Below, in pieces: positions 8,577-19,245 of a DNA stretch of 64,000 nucleotides. A program made the position numbers and the translations under genes. The stretch spans positions 51,480 to 115,479 of the forward strand of contig CAKOKX010000002.1 in NCBI GenBank assembly GCA_934096035.1, given 5' to 3'. The notes under the pieces were generated by a model. That model ran no database searches. It was not told the DNA's origin and saw only the letters and a list, made by a program, of their open reading frames with translations. Source of the DNA: an uncultured Bacilli bacterium. Its GTDB lineage: Bacteria; Bacillota_I; Bacilli_A; RF39; UBA660. Each line of letters opens with the position of its first letter. The first letter of the stretch is position 1.

Positions 8577-9566
8577 CTATTTTTTATACATTTCTTTAGC
8601 TTTTTCCATATTTTCTTTAGAATAACCAGCTAAGACATTAGGTACTTTATTAATTATATCTTGATATAATTCTTCAAAAGAAGCTTTATTTTTCTTACCC
8701 CATGTATTTACTACAGCTATTACATTACTTTTACCATTATTAGTTACAACATAAATACTTTTACTAGTTGTAATACCATTTTGTTTAGTTATAAATGGAT
8801 ATACCCACACGATATCATTTAATTCAATTAATTTAACACCACCAGCATAACTAAATAAATATTTATCAGTTAAATAAACTTTACATTTCTTATTATGAAT
8901 TCCTTTACCACTATTTACATCTTCTTCAATTTTTTCAAGTTCTCTTCCATATTCTTCCAATATTTTTTTACTTTTTTTATTTCTAACAAAATAAACTATT
9001 ATTAAAATTAATCCACTTAATGAAAAAACACCAAATAATATTAAAGCAAATATCCCTTCTTCTTTATTATCCCATGTTGTATCAAGATAATTTTCTCCTA
9101 CTACACTTTTAAGCTCATCAATCGTATAAGTATTACCATCTTCATCTTTCAAAAATTCTTGTAAATATTTAAACACTTCTGTATCACTTTTTGATACATT
9201 TCCATAAACCATCACTGGATTAGGTTTTTCTATTTCTGTTTCACTTAAAGTATATTCTTGTATTTTTCTTAAACTTTCCAAACCACTTTTATCAAGTACA
9301 ATTATAAAAGGATTATCATTTTCATCAAAAGCTATATAATAATCTTTTTCTTTACCATCCAAAGTTTCCGTAGCAAAAGCACTATCAAGTAAACTTACAT
9401 TTAATTTAGCATAAACATTTGCACTAGTATTTTTAGTTAAAACTTCATATTCTGCATTAACTTCACCAGAATATATAAGAAGACCTAACCCCATAAATAC
9501 TACAAATAAAATAATACCTATAACAAGCATACTTTTATGTCCTTTAATATTTTTATAAACATTCAT
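8577..9566 (-). CDS. hypothetical membrane protein (two TM segments)
   Basis: 329 aa with an N-terminal TM (MLVIGIILFVVFMGLGLLIY) and a central TM (IFALILFGVFSLSGLILIIVYF). Lies downstream of the HK/RR genes. Confidence 0.6.
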   Translation of the reverse strand: MNVYKNIKGHKSMLVIGIILFVVFMGLGLLIYSGEVNAEYEVLTKNTSANVYAKLNVSLLDSAFATETLDGKEKDYYIAFDENDNPFIIVLDKSGLESLRKIQEYTLSETEIEKPNPVMVYGNVSKSDTEVFKYLQEFLKDEDGNTYTIDELKSVVGENYLDTTWDNKEEGIFALILFGVFSLSGLILIIVYFVRNKKSKKILEEYGRELEKIEEDVNSGKGIHNKKCKVYLTDKYLFSYAGGVKLIELNDIVWVYPFITKQNGITTSKSIYVVTNNGKSNVIAVVNTWGKKNKASFEELYQDIINKVPNVLAGYSKENMEKAKEMYKK

Positions 9567-9625
9567 AATTTAAACACTCACTTTCATAATAACATTATAC
9601 TTTTTTTAAACATTAAAGTAAACAA

Positions 9626-10798
9626 TTATTTATAATATCTAATACTAAATTTAGTACCATTATTACTACTTACTCTAATTGTTCCATTATCTCTTTCTAT
9701 TATTTCTTTAGCTAAAGAAAGTCCAATACCAAAATTATTACTATTATTATTTTTCTTATAAAATCTATCAAATATATGCTTCATATCTTCATTACATATA
9801 CCATCACCACAATCAATTATATCAATGCTTACATACATTCCATTATCTTTATAATTTACATAAATATCCCCATTATCTTTACTATACTCAATTCCATTTT
9901 TTAATATATTAGTTATTGCTTCACATTCCCATTTGTAATCTCCCTCAAAAGCTACATCACTTTTACCACTTATATGAATGTTTATATTTTTAAGTTCTCT
10001 TAATATATCAACATTTTTTAAAACATCAAATAACAAATCTTTAACAATTATTTTTCTTTTTTCAAAAACCACTACATTTGCATCAAATCTTGATAATTTT
10101 AGCATTGCAATAATTAAAAAATTAATATTTTCAATCTGTATTCTTATATCATTTAAATATTCTTTTTGCTTTTCTTTACTAACATGTTCTTCAAGTAATG
10201 TATCAATCATAATCATAATTGATGTAAGGGGTGTCTTTAATTGATGAGATATATTAGCTAAATTATCCTTTATTTTAATTCTTTCTTTATTTTCTTTAGC
10301 ATATAAGCTTTTTAAACCCACTGTAGTGGTATATACTTCATTTTTTAAAATAGATAAATCTCCTTCAATATTATCAATTATTTCTAAATCATATATTCCA
10401 TCATTTATTCTTTTCAAATAATTCGTAATATTATCTATCTCTTTACATCTTTTTTTCTTATCAATTACATATAGAGCAATACATAATCCTCCAAAAACCC
10501 CAAACAATATTACATTAATAACAATATTTTTATAAAAAGAATCATTCATCTTACTTAAATAATTTATATCACTATCAGTAAATCCATATTTTTTTAATAT
10601 TTCATTATTATCTTTATTACTTCCATTAACTATTTTAATTAATTCTTCTTCATTTACATTTGGATAATTTTTACTTACCTCAGTAACTACACTACCCACA
10701 AAATCATTTATTACTTTACTATATCTATAATAATCAATATAACTAATTAACATTATTAAACATAAACTACCTAAAAACCATAAACTAATTTTTTTCAT
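9626..10798 (-). CDS. sensor histidine kinase
   Basis: Two N-terminal TM segments, H-box NISHQLKTPLTSI, HATPase GIGLSLAKEIIERDNGTI. Overlaps the response regulator gene by 4 nt. Confidence 0.88.
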   Translation of the reverse strand: MKKISLWFLGSLCLIMLISYIDYYRYSKVINDFVGSVVTEVSKNYPNVNEEELIKIVNGSNKDNNEILKKYGFTDSDINYLSKMNDSFYKNIVINVILFGVFGGLCIALYVIDKKKRCKEIDNITNYLKRINDGIYDLEIIDNIEGDLSILKNEVYTTTVGLKSLYAKENKERIKIKDNLANISHQLKTPLTSIMIMIDTLLEEHVSKEKQKEYLNDIRIQIENINFLIIAMLKLSRFDANVVVFEKRKIIVKDLLFDVLKNVDILRELKNINIHISGKSDVAFEGDYKWECEAITNILKNGIEYSKDNGDIYVNYKDNGMYVSIDIIDCGDGICNEDMKHIFDRFYKKNNNSNNFGIGLSLAKEIIERDNGTIRVSSNNGTKFSIRYYK

Positions 10799-11436
10799 AA
10801 ATCAATCCTATACCCTATACCTTTAATTGTTTTTATTATATCTTCGCAACCAATCTTTTCTCTAATTCTTTTTATATACACACTTAAAGTATTATCATTG
10901 ACAAATTTTCCTGACACATCCCAAATTTTATCTATAATCATATCTCTCGTTACTATTATTCCATTATTTTCAAGTAAAAAAAACAATAACTTTAATTCTA
11001 ATCCAGTTAAAATAATTTCTTGATCATCCTTATATACTCTATAACTATCCATATCAAATATTATATTTTTATACATTTTAATATTATTTTTCTTATTTCT
11101 TTTAATAATATTATTTATTCTTGATAATAGTTCTTTTGACCTAAAAGGTTTTATAATATAATCTTCTACCCCAAGATCTAATGATGTTACAACATCTTCT
11201 TCTTCATCCTTAGCACTTAATACCAGCGTTGGAACATCTACATAATTTTTAAAAAAGTCTAAACCATTTCCATCTGGCAACATTACATCCAAGATTACTA
11301 AATCATAATTATTACTTACTTTTTCTTTTGCATCTTTAATTGTACTGGCAACGCTAACATCATAATTATGCTCTTCAAGTAAAAACTTAATGGCTTTTAC
11401 AATCATTTCACTATCTTCAACTAAAAGTATTTTCAT
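10795..11436 (-). CDS. OmpR/PhoB-family response regulator
   Basis: Receiver domain (ILLVEDSEMI...DLVILDVMLPDGNG...KPF) plus a winged-helix C-terminus (...IKTIKGIGYRI). Confidence 0.9.
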   Translation of the reverse strand: MKILLVEDSEMIVKAIKFLLEEHNYDVSVASTIKDAKEKVSNNYDLVILDVMLPDGNGLDFFKNYVDVPTLVLSAKDEEEDVVTSLDLGVEDYIIKPFRSKELLSRINNIIKRNKKNNIKMYKNIIFDMDSYRVYKDDQEIILTGLELKLLFFLLENNGIIVTRDMIIDKIWDVSGKFVNDNTLSVYIKRIREKIGCEDIIKTIKGIGYRIDL

Positions 11437-11531
11437 ACATACACCTCACATTCTAACAACAAAAAGGTATCACTTCTATAAAAATGATACCATTATTTTT
11501 AGGTTAAATCAAATCTATTTATTCGCACAAA

Positions 11532-14072
11532 TCATATATTTTCATCTTTAATAACATCAATTATATTTTCATTTCTTGTTTTTCTTAAAGCAAAATGCAT
11601 AATTAAACTAACTAAAATATAAACAACCAATATTGCAATTATAATTGCTTGCCATGGAAATAAATATCCATAATCACTACCATTTGCAAATGCCTTATAA
11701 ATAGCAAATGAACCTAATATACCTAAAGGAATACCAATAATTAATGCTTTCGTAGAATACATAATTGATTCTAAATTAATCATTTTATTAAATTCATTTT
11801 TAGTCATACCAATAGATTTTAACATTGCAAGTTCTCTTCTTCTTAAATTCATATTTGTATTTATAGTATTTATTATATTTGTAATACCAATCAAACTAAT
11901 AACAATAATAAAACCATATAAGAAAATTGCTACTAAAATAATTAAACTTCTTTGAGCCTTAGCTTCTGTTTCAATATTAAACAAACTATAATTAGTAATA
12001 TCATTATCAAGTAAATATTCTTTAATTAAACTTTCTAGTTTTTCTGCATCTGTTGATTTAATATACAGACTTTTTGAATCAGTAGCCGTTATATTATAAT
12101 TAAATACAATATAATCATAAAATTCATCACTTACTACAATCGTTGGAGTTTCACTATATACATTTTGAAGTCCCATTGGTAAGATATCAATTCTTTTTAT
12201 AATTCCAATACTTAAATCTTTATTATTAATAGAACCAGTAACAGTTTTAAATTTATTTAAATCAAATAAATTTACTTCCTTATAATTTTTACTACCTTCT
12301 TGATAAAAAATATTTTTATCAATTAATAAACCTTTATAATTAAAATTACTTTCATCAACTTTATTGTCTTTAAGTATTCTTTTAAACTCATCTTCACCTA
12401 CAGACATAATTCTAAGGGACAAATCATTTACACCATCAAAAAATTTTAATACATCTTCATTATAATATTTTTTATAATCAAATGTCATACTCATACTTCT
12501 AATTATACTATACCTACTAATATTATCCATTTTTATTATATCATTAATTATTTTTTTATATTCTTCTTCATTAGTATCCCTAAGATAAAGCTGAATATCG
12601 TAATTAATATCTTGATAATACTGATTTGTTAATTTAAAGCCATAACTTAAAAATGATGATAAGGAAATAAATACAGCAACACTTATTACAATTGATATAA
12701 TCGTAGTTCTATTTCTTTTTTTATTTCTCTTTAAATTCTTATAAGCAATATCTCCACCGACACCAAATAATTTATCAACTAACTTAGATGACTTAATCTT
12801 TTTACTATTAATTTTTATTTCATTATTATTTCTAATAGCTTCAATTGGTGAAATTTTACTACTCTTTTTAGCTGCTCTAACCACAGACAAATAAATTGTA
12901 ACTGCTCCAAGTATAATGCTTAAAATTATTGGCCAAATAGATACGCTAAATACAAATTTAAAATCATCAGAAGTATACTTAGCAAAATAATTTATTAAAA
13001 TAACAAGTATATAATCAGCAAATATTCCACATAAAATACCTAAAGGAATACCAATCAATCCAAGAATAAAACCTTCATGTAAAACATTTTTCTTAATTTG
13101 TTTACTTGTTGCCCCAATACTTGAAAGCATACCATACATCTTTTTCTTCTCTTGATTAGCAATATCAAAACTATTTTTTATAACAAATACACTAGTAAGT
13201 ATTATAATACCTATTACTACACCCGCAACAGCATATAACATATTCATTGTTCTATCACTTAAACTAGCACCACTCCATCTTAAAAGTTCAGTATTTAAAG
13301 AAATATTATATTTATTTAAATCTTTATCATTTGCTATATTATTTATATATTCTTTATAATATCCAGCATCTTTAAATAATAATGAGACATTTATATTATC
13401 ACTTACATTATCTATTTTAGTAATCATCACATAACCCGGAGCACTGTATCCTTCAATATTATAATTTAATCTTTCCATAATACCCACAATTTTATATTCA
13501 TGTTTATGTGTATCAGTTATATATTCTTGACATTCGTTAATTTCTCCTTCTTCAACGTAATATGGATTACTTTGATTTAAAATAGTTCCATCCGTACATA
13601 CTCTTTTACCAATATCTAAACTAATTGTATCACCAATTTTTACTTTAGCATTATTTTGAAATGGTACGCTAACTACGATTTCTCCACTATCCTGAGGAAG
13701 TCTACCTGAAACTATTTTTAATGTTGTATTATCAAAAGCCGATTTTGTATAACCTAAAACATAAGCATAAGGCTTATATTCATTCATATTATCATATTTT
13801 GCATAACCTAAAGTCTCTGTTAAATAAATACTTTTAACATGACTATTATTTGTAAAATATTTTAAATCTTCTTTACTTACATTTTCTACAGTTAAATGTC
13901 TATTTCCTCCATCCATAATAGCTATATTTACTAAAGTTGCCCTAAAAGATGTAACCATACCAGCTACTGCACATATTAATGCAACAGAAAGCAAAATACC
14001 TATTATTGTTACTATTGTTCTTTTTTTATTTAATTTTAAATTTTTAATAGTTAAATTATTTAATACATTCAT
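11532..14072 (-). CDS. FtsX-family ABC transporter permease (two FtsX modules)
   Basis: 846 aa with a MacB/FtsX-type N-terminus (LTIKNLKLNKKRTIVTIIGILLSVAL), a large extracytoplasmic region and two 4-TM FtsX modules. Paired with the ATPase upstream. Confidence 0.85.
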   Translation of the reverse strand: MNVLNNLTIKNLKLNKKRTIVTIIGILLSVALICAVAGMVTSFRATLVNIAIMDGGNRHLTVENVSKEDLKYFTNNSHVKSIYLTETLGYAKYDNMNEYKPYAYVLGYTKSAFDNTTLKIVSGRLPQDSGEIVVSVPFQNNAKVKIGDTISLDIGKRVCTDGTILNQSNPYYVEEGEINECQEYITDTHKHEYKIVGIMERLNYNIEGYSAPGYVMITKIDNVSDNINVSLLFKDAGYYKEYINNIANDKDLNKYNISLNTELLRWSGASLSDRTMNMLYAVAGVVIGIIILTSVFVIKNSFDIANQEKKKMYGMLSSIGATSKQIKKNVLHEGFILGLIGIPLGILCGIFADYILVILINYFAKYTSDDFKFVFSVSIWPIILSIILGAVTIYLSVVRAAKKSSKISPIEAIRNNNEIKINSKKIKSSKLVDKLFGVGGDIAYKNLKRNKKRNRTTIISIVISVAVFISLSSFLSYGFKLTNQYYQDINYDIQLYLRDTNEEEYKKIINDIIKMDNISRYSIIRSMSMTFDYKKYYNEDVLKFFDGVNDLSLRIMSVGEDEFKRILKDNKVDESNFNYKGLLIDKNIFYQEGSKNYKEVNLFDLNKFKTVTGSINNKDLSIGIIKRIDILPMGLQNVYSETPTIVVSDEFYDYIVFNYNITATDSKSLYIKSTDAEKLESLIKEYLLDNDITNYSLFNIETEAKAQRSLIILVAIFLYGFIIVISLIGITNIINTINTNMNLRRRELAMLKSIGMTKNEFNKMINLESIMYSTKALIIGIPLGILGSFAIYKAFANGSDYGYLFPWQAIIIAILVVYILVSLIMHFALRKTRNENIIDVIKDENI

Positions 14073-14074
14073 AA

Positions 14075-14761
14075 TTAATTCCTTACATCACTAACTATTT
14101 TTCCATCTTCAATTGTAATAACTCTATTTGCAACACTTGCAATATCAGGATCATGTGTAATAACAATAATAGTTTGATTATATTTTTTATTTGACTCTTT
14201 TAATAATGCAACAATTTCATCACTAGCCTTGGAATCCAAGTTTCCTGTTGGTTCATCCGCTAAAACTAATGCTGGATTATTAATAATAGCTCTTCCAATT
14301 GAAACTCTCTGTTGTTGACCACCAGATAACTCATTTGGCAAATGTTTTCTTCTGGCACTTAAACCTAAAGTATCAATAATTTCATTAAGTCTATCCTTAC
14401 TTACATTTTTACCATCTAACTTACAAGGAAGAACTATATTTTCTTCAACATTTAAAATTGGTATTAAATTATAAAATTGATAAATTAATCCTACTTGTCT
14501 TCTTCTAAATATTGCTAAAGCATCATTATTCATACTATAAATATCAACATTATCAATAAATACTTTACCACTCGTTGGTCTATCAACACCTCCGAGTAAA
14601 TGCAAAAGTGTAGATTTTCCACTACCACTGGCCCCAACAATAGCAACAAAATCTCCTTTTTCCACACTAAAACTTACATGATCTACAGCATTAATCGTTG
14701 TATTACCATTCTTATAAGTTTTAACTAAATTTTCAACTTTTAATATATCCATTTTCATCAC
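14075..14761 (-). CDS. ABC transporter ATP-binding protein (MacB/BceA-like)
   Basis: Walker A GASGSGKST, signature LSGGQQQRV, Walker B LVLADEPTGNLD. Exact start uncertain: GTG at 14761 or ATG at 14752. Confidence 0.9.
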   Translation of the reverse strand: MMKMDILKVENLVKTYKNGNTTINAVDHVSFSVEKGDFVAIVGASGSGKSTLLHLLGGVDRPTSGKVFIDNVDIYSMNNDALAIFRRRQVGLIYQFYNLIPILNVEENIVLPCKLDGKNVSKDRLNEIIDTLGLSARRKHLPNELSGGQQQRVSIGRAIINNPALVLADEPTGNLDSKASDEIVALLKESNKKYNQTIIVITHDPDIASVANRVITIEDGKIVSDVRN

Positions 14762-14899
14762 CCATTAAAATCATATTATTTTATTATGACTCTAAAGTGA
14801 CTAATTCATCACTTTTAAAATTTATTTTAACATTTATACCAATTATTAACAATATATTCTAAAATATTAATGCCATAATAATACTGAAAGGTAGTATGT

Positions 14900-15088
14900 A
14901 TGACCGAAAAAGATTTATTATATTTAAGTGATGCCTTCAATTGGAACTTAATTGCTTTAAAAAAATATAAAGTATATGAAGAATTCACTACAGATAAAAC
15001 ATCTAAATTAATAGAAAAGTTAATTAAATTACATGAAGATAATTGCAATGAGATATTATCTATGTTAAAGGAGAATAATAATGAGTGA
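14900..15088 (+). CDS. small hypothetical protein, partner of the CotF-like gene
   Basis: 62 aa. Overlaps the next gene by 8 nt, which suggests translational coupling. Confidence 0.45.
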   Translation: MTEKDLLYLSDAFNWNLIALKKYKVYEEFTTDKTSKLIEKLIKLHEDNCNEILSMLKENNNE

Positions 15089-15332
15089 TAAAGATTATTT
15101 ATTAGAAATGTTAACAACTGAAAAAAATATATCAGTAAATTTAGTATATGCTTTAAATGAAGCAAGTAATAAAAATATTTATGATTTATATTTTAAAATG
15201 TTTAAAAGTATTAATAAAATAACAAAAGACATTTATGAAGAATGTGTAAATAAAGGATATTATCAAAAGAATAATATCCCTTACAAAAAGGTAATTGATT
15301 CTTATAATCAATTATCTAAAGAAATCATTTAA
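15081..15332 (+). CDS. spore coat protein F (CotF)-like
   Basis: 83 aa. DKDYLLEMLTTEKNISVNLVYALNEASNKNIYDLYFKMF...GYY fits the Coat_F helical pattern. Confidence 0.6.
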   Translation: MSDKDYLLEMLTTEKNISVNLVYALNEASNKNIYDLYFKMFKSINKITKDIYEECVNKGYYQKNNIPYKKVIDSYNQLSKEII

Positions 15333-15339
15333 TAATTTT

Positions 15340-15377
15340 AAAACCAAATTGATTTTTTAATCAATTTGGTTTTTTTT
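15340..15377. terminator. bidirectional intrinsic terminator
   Basis: AAACCAAATTGA-ttttttaa-TCAATTTGGTTT flanked by an A-run and a T-run. Sits between convergent genes. Confidence 0.8.
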
Positions 15378-16137
15378 ACTTTTTAGCAACTATACCATAA
15401 TATCTTCTTACTAATTTTATTCCTTTTGATGTTTCATTTTCATCAACATATTGTGAAAATAAATCTGTTTCAATTGTTTTTCTTTCATATTGTTGATTTT
15501 TTTCTTCAGATAATGAATCTAGTATTGGTGTTTTTTGAAGTAAAGCATATAAATCTTCCTTTGTCTTATAATATTCAACATCATGTAATGGAATTAACTC
15601 TACACTTCTAAATCCAGCATCCATAACTCTTTCATAATCTATTAAACTTATAGGTTTTGGATCATTTAATGCTTGTCCTCTTCCAAAGAGCCTTTTTAAG
15701 GCCCAACAATCTAATTTATCAACTCCTCTTAAAATTAATTGCCCATTATTTTTTAATGTTCGATAAATTTGAATTGGATCTATAGTTGTATGACGAGCAG
15801 TAACAACATCAAAGTAATTATCAGGAGTATCCATATTTAAATTATTCATAACTCTGAACGAAACATTTTTTCTTCCACTACTTTCCAAATTTCTATTAGC
15901 AGCTTCAATCATTGCACTAGAAAAATCTGTTCCCAAGATTTCTGCACATTCAGGAAAATATTTAAGAACTTTTTCTCCAGCTGCAGTACCTAAATCCAAC
16001 ACTCTAAAATTCTTTTGCACTCTTTTTCTTATTTCTTCTTCATAAACCCAATTTGTAAATGATTCAGTAAAATAATCAATATCATCAAAAGACCAATTAG
16101 CTAAGTTGCTATAATAATCATGTTCATTTGTTTTCAT
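15376..16137 (-). CDS. class I SAM-dependent methyltransferase
   Basis: 253 aa with motif I VLDLGTAAGEKV. Substrate unknown. Confidence 0.8.
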   Translation of the reverse strand: MKTNEHDYYSNLANWSFDDIDYFTESFTNWVYEEEIRKRVQKNFRVLDLGTAAGEKVLKYFPECAEILGTDFSSAMIEAANRNLESSGRKNVSFRVMNNLNMDTPDNYFDVVTARHTTIDPIQIYRTLKNNGQLILRGVDKLDCWALKRLFGRGQALNDPKPISLIDYERVMDAGFRSVELIPLHDVEYYKTKEDLYALLQKTPILDSLSEEKNQQYERKTIETDLFSQYVDENETSKGIKLVRRYYGIVAKK

Positions 16138-16173
16138 ATATATATATCATCCTTTCTCTCTTGTCGTGATTGT

Positions 16174-16369
16174 AAAAAAAAACCTCCTTTCATGAATATA
16201 CAACAAAAAACAACCACAAAATAATTGTGTATATTTTTTGCCATTCATGAGGAGATTCTTAAGGCTCTTCATTATTCCTTTAAACATATAAGTTTATCCG
16301 ATAGTAAAACGCGAATGACCAATTGATTTACTACGAGTAAATTCTATCAAAAAAAGTAATTTTTGTCAA
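16174..16369 (-). promoter_or_regulatory. promoter plus ~190 nt structured leader ending in an intrinsic terminator (unclassified riboswitch/attenuator candidate)
   Basis: On the minus strand: TTGACA (16364-16369), 17 nt spacer, TAGAAT (16341-16346). An 8 bp stem follows (GTAGTAAA...TTTACTAT). A long hairpin CTCCTCATGAAT...ATTCATGAAAGGAG (16254-16183) plus T9 (16174-16182) sits ~35 nt before the methyltransferase ATG. Confidence 0.5.
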
Positions 16370-16380
16370 AATTATATTGT

Positions 16381-16848
16381 TTAATTAAAATAAATTCTTG
16401 CTTTAGATAAATTTTTAAGTCTTTTAATTTTAACAAAACTTTGTGTTGAAGAAAAAATAAGACCATAAACAGAACTACATATAGAAAGCCATCCTGACAT
16501 TAAAATAACTTCTTTTAAAATACTAACAAAACCAGTGTAATAAATAATTATTAAAGCAATACCAAGTGCTAAAAGAATTGCTTTTCTATCTTGTTCTTTT
16601 TCATAAGTACATAATAAATCTTTTACTTGAATACCATAACTTTTTCTTATTATATCAATCATATCTTGCTTTTCTTCATCACTTATTTTTTCTTTACAAG
16701 TTATATTAATTATAACTTTATTATTATAATCACCTTCTAAAGATTCATTATAAATGTATTCACTTAATTTATCATTTATTTTTAAATTAGAAAACTTATT
16801 ATAAAAGTCTCTCTTCTTATTTAAATTAACTAGTATCTCCGCATTCAT
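16381..16848 (-). CDS. hypothetical membrane protein
   Basis: 155 aa with two C-terminal TM segments. No family recognised. Confidence 0.55.
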   Translation of the reverse strand: MNAEILVNLNKKRDFYNKFSNLKINDKLSEYIYNESLEGDYNNKVIINITCKEKISDEEKQDMIDIIRKSYGIQVKDLLCTYEKEQDRKAILLALGIALIIIYYTGFVSILKEVILMSGWLSICSSVYGLIFSSTQSFVKIKRLKNLSKARIYFN

Positions 16849-16852
16849 TTTA

Positions 16853-17224
16853 TCAACCTCTTTTTAACACAAAATCATTTATTGTTATTAAATTATTATC
16901 AACTAAAATAGACTCAAAAGATTCTTGTAACATATCACTATGTACTAACCACCATACTGCATCTTCTAAAGAAAAATCTTTTAATTTATAAACACTTTCA
17001 TTTATCAAAACCACATTTCCTATTATCTGAGGTCCTTTTTTTACAAGTATACCTTTTTCTAATAGTACTCTCATTATTTCATATAAATAAAGAAATGTTT
17101 CTGCAAATCCTAAACTAGAATTTAAAGACAAGGTTATATCTTTATCATTTATTTTACTTATTTCTTGTACATATTCAACAATATCTGTTATATTATCTCT
17201 ATTAATCGTTTTTACTATCCACAT
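16853..17224 (-). CDS. hypothetical protein
   Basis: 123 aa from the ATG at 17224, with GAGGG 8 nt upstream. Lies 4 nt upstream of the next gene. Confidence 0.5.
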   Translation of the reverse strand: MWIVKTINRDNITDIVEYVQEISKINDKDITLSLNSSLGFAETFLYLYEIMRVLLEKGILVKKGPQIIGNVVLINESVYKLKDFSLEDAVWWLVHSDMLQESFESILVDNNLITINDFVLKRG

Positions 17225-17313
17225 AACTACTACCCTCATTATAAGTATACTATCAATTTATTAGTTTTTAAAGCCATATTTACAAAAAAGTCTAATTATA
17301 GTATAATTTTCAT

Positions 17314-19245
17314 GTGGTGATTAGTTTGAAAAAATCTGAAAAAAAGAAAAAAAAAGAAAAAAATTTTGATAGAAAAAAAACATTAAATTCAATAATTATT
17401 TTCATAAAAAAATATTACTATATATTATTATTAGCCTTACCTTTTATTCTTATAGATTTATTCACAAGGTATAAAGTTAAATTTTATGGTTTATTAAAAC
17501 CAGTTCCAAATCTCTTTACTATTATATGGATTACACTATTATTAGGTATATCTTTATATCCAAAGAAAAAAATTGGAAAAATAATTTATTCAATAATATT
17601 TGTTTTATCATTATCAATATATTTAGTAAACAATGTTTACTTTTCTATGACTGGTGTATTTTTTGATTTCAGTATGGTTTTACTTGCAGGTGAAGGTTCT
17701 GAGTATTTACTCGATTCAATCAAAAATTGTGACGTTTCTGTTTACTTATTTTTAATTCCAATATTTATTACATTCATCCTTGCTTTCAAAGTTTATCCCA
17801 ATAATGAAAAAAGAAATTACAAGAGATTCTTATATCCATTTATAGTATTCATTGTTTTACATACCATCACTCCATTATTCTTAGGAAAAGCCAACGAAGA
17901 ATTAACATGGAGTACATGGAGAAATCCTAGAAATATTTATAATAGTTTTAATGATAATAATAAATCAATGACCGTATCAGGTATATATGAATACACAGCA
18001 AGAAACTTTTATATAACATTTTTGAAAAATAAAAATACAACAAATGAAGAAGACATTAAATTTTTAAAAGAAGAATATTCTAAAGAAATTGAACTAAACA
18101 AAAATAAATATACAGGGAAATACAAAGATAATAATCTAATAATGATTCAACTTGAAGGTTTAGATTCATGGTTAGTTAATAAAAATGATACTCCAACAAT
18201 TTATAATCTAATGAAAAACAGTATTAATTTTACTAATCATTATTCATATTATAATGGTGGGGGATCAACATTTAATTCAGAATTTGCAGTAAATACAGGA
18301 TTCGTTACTCCACTTTCATATACACAAAACGCATATACATTTAATAAGAATTCATTTCCATACAGTTTAGCGCATTTATTTAAAGAACAAGGTTATACAG
18401 TAAATGCCTTCCATATGAATACTAAAGAATATTATTCAAGAGGTACAAATTACAAAAACTGGGGTTATGACAACTATTATGGTTTAGTAGATCAAAATAC
18501 ATATAAAGATAATTCATATTATTTAGATAGAGAATTACTTTTAAATGAAGAATTTAAAGAAAAAATGTTTAACAGTGAAAAATTTGTTGATTATATAATT
18601 ACTTATACAAATCATATGCCTTTTAATCCTGAAAAAGGAAATTGTAAAATGTTACTTGACTTGGATAGTAAAGATACTGAAAATACAAGTTATGATTTAA
18701 CCGAAGAAGATTGTGCAAGAAGACAAGCAAAAGAAACTGATTATATGATTGAATTATTACTTAAAGAGTTAAAAGAAAGAGAACTTCTGGATAAAACCAC
18801 AATTGTAGTTTTCACCGACCATTATCTTTATACTTTATCAGATAAAACAATCCTAGATAAATATAAAAACACAAGTAATAATTTAATAAACCATACACCA
18901 TTCTTTATTTACACAAACAATAAAGATAAGAAAACAATTAAAACAGTTACATCACAATTAAATATTTTACCAACAATTTTAAACCTTTTTGGAATAGATT
19001 ATAATCCAAACTATTACATCGGAGAAGATGCTTTAAAAAATAATTATCAAAAAATAGTATTCTTTAGTGATTACTCTTGGTATGATGGCAATGTTTATGT
19101 TGATGGAGGCTTAGTTACTAACAACAGATACATTAAACCAGACTTACTAGAACAAAAAAATTATTATGTAAATTACCTAGTCAAGAAAAATGATTTAACA
19201 TTGAAATATAACTATTTTAAAGAAATTGAAAAGAGTTCAAAATAA
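17314..19245 (+). CDS. LtaS-family sulfatase-domain membrane protein (lipoteichoic acid synthase-like)
   Basis: Lys-rich N-terminus, about 5 TM segments, then a sulfatase domain (MIQLEGLDSW, GGGSTFNSEFAVNTG, VVFTDHY). Start codon uncertain: GTG at 17314 or 17317, or TTG at 17326. Confidence 0.85.
   Translation: MVISLKKSEKKKKKEKNFDRKKTLNSIIIFIKKYYYILLLALPFILIDLFTRYKVKFYGLLKPVPNLFTIIWITLLLGISLYPKKKIGKIIYSIIFVLSLSIYLVNNVYFSMTGVFFDFSMVLLAGEGSEYLLDSIKNCDVSVYLFLIPIFITFILAFKVYPNNEKRNYKRFLYPFIVFIVLHTITPLFLGKANEELTWSTWRNPRNIYNSFNDNNKSMTVSGIYEYTARNFYITFLKNKNTTNEEDIKFLKEEYSKEIELNKNKYTGKYKDNNLIMIQLEGLDSWLVNKNDTPTIYNLMKNSINFTNHYSYYNGGGSTFNSEFAVNTGFVTPLSYTQNAYTFNKNSFPYSLAHLFKEQGYTVNAFHMNTKEYYSRGTNYKNWGYDNYYGLVDQNTYKDNSYYLDRELLLNEEFKEKMFNSEKFVDYIITYTNHMPFNPEKGNCKMLLDLDSKDTENTSYDLTEEDCARRQAKETDYMIELLLKELKERELLDKTTIVVFTDHYLYTLSDKTILDKYKNTSNNLINHTPFFIYTNNKDKKTIKTVTSQLNILPTILNLFGIDYNPNYYIGEDALKNNYQKIVFFSDYSWYDGNVYVDGGLVTNNRYIKPDLLEQKNYYVNYLVKKNDLTLKYNYFKEIEKSSK

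Noticed and set aside
14827-15165. 112-aa minus-strand ORF overlapping the two small plus-strand spore-coat-like genes.
   Set aside because: The plus-strand pair has a coupled 8-nt overlap, a CotF-like sequence pattern and a terminator. The minus-strand ORF is Leu/Asn/Phe-rich shadow sequence with no recognisable features.
17326-17400. Multiple A7-A9 runs at the 5' end of the LtaS-like gene read as a phase-variation switch.
   Set aside because: The runs are interrupted (AAAAAAAG, AAAAAAAAAG and so on) and simply encode a Lys-rich cytoplasmic N-terminus (KKSEKKKKKEKNFDRKK). There is no evidence of an alternative frame that would give a meaningful product. Only start-codon uncertainty is noted.
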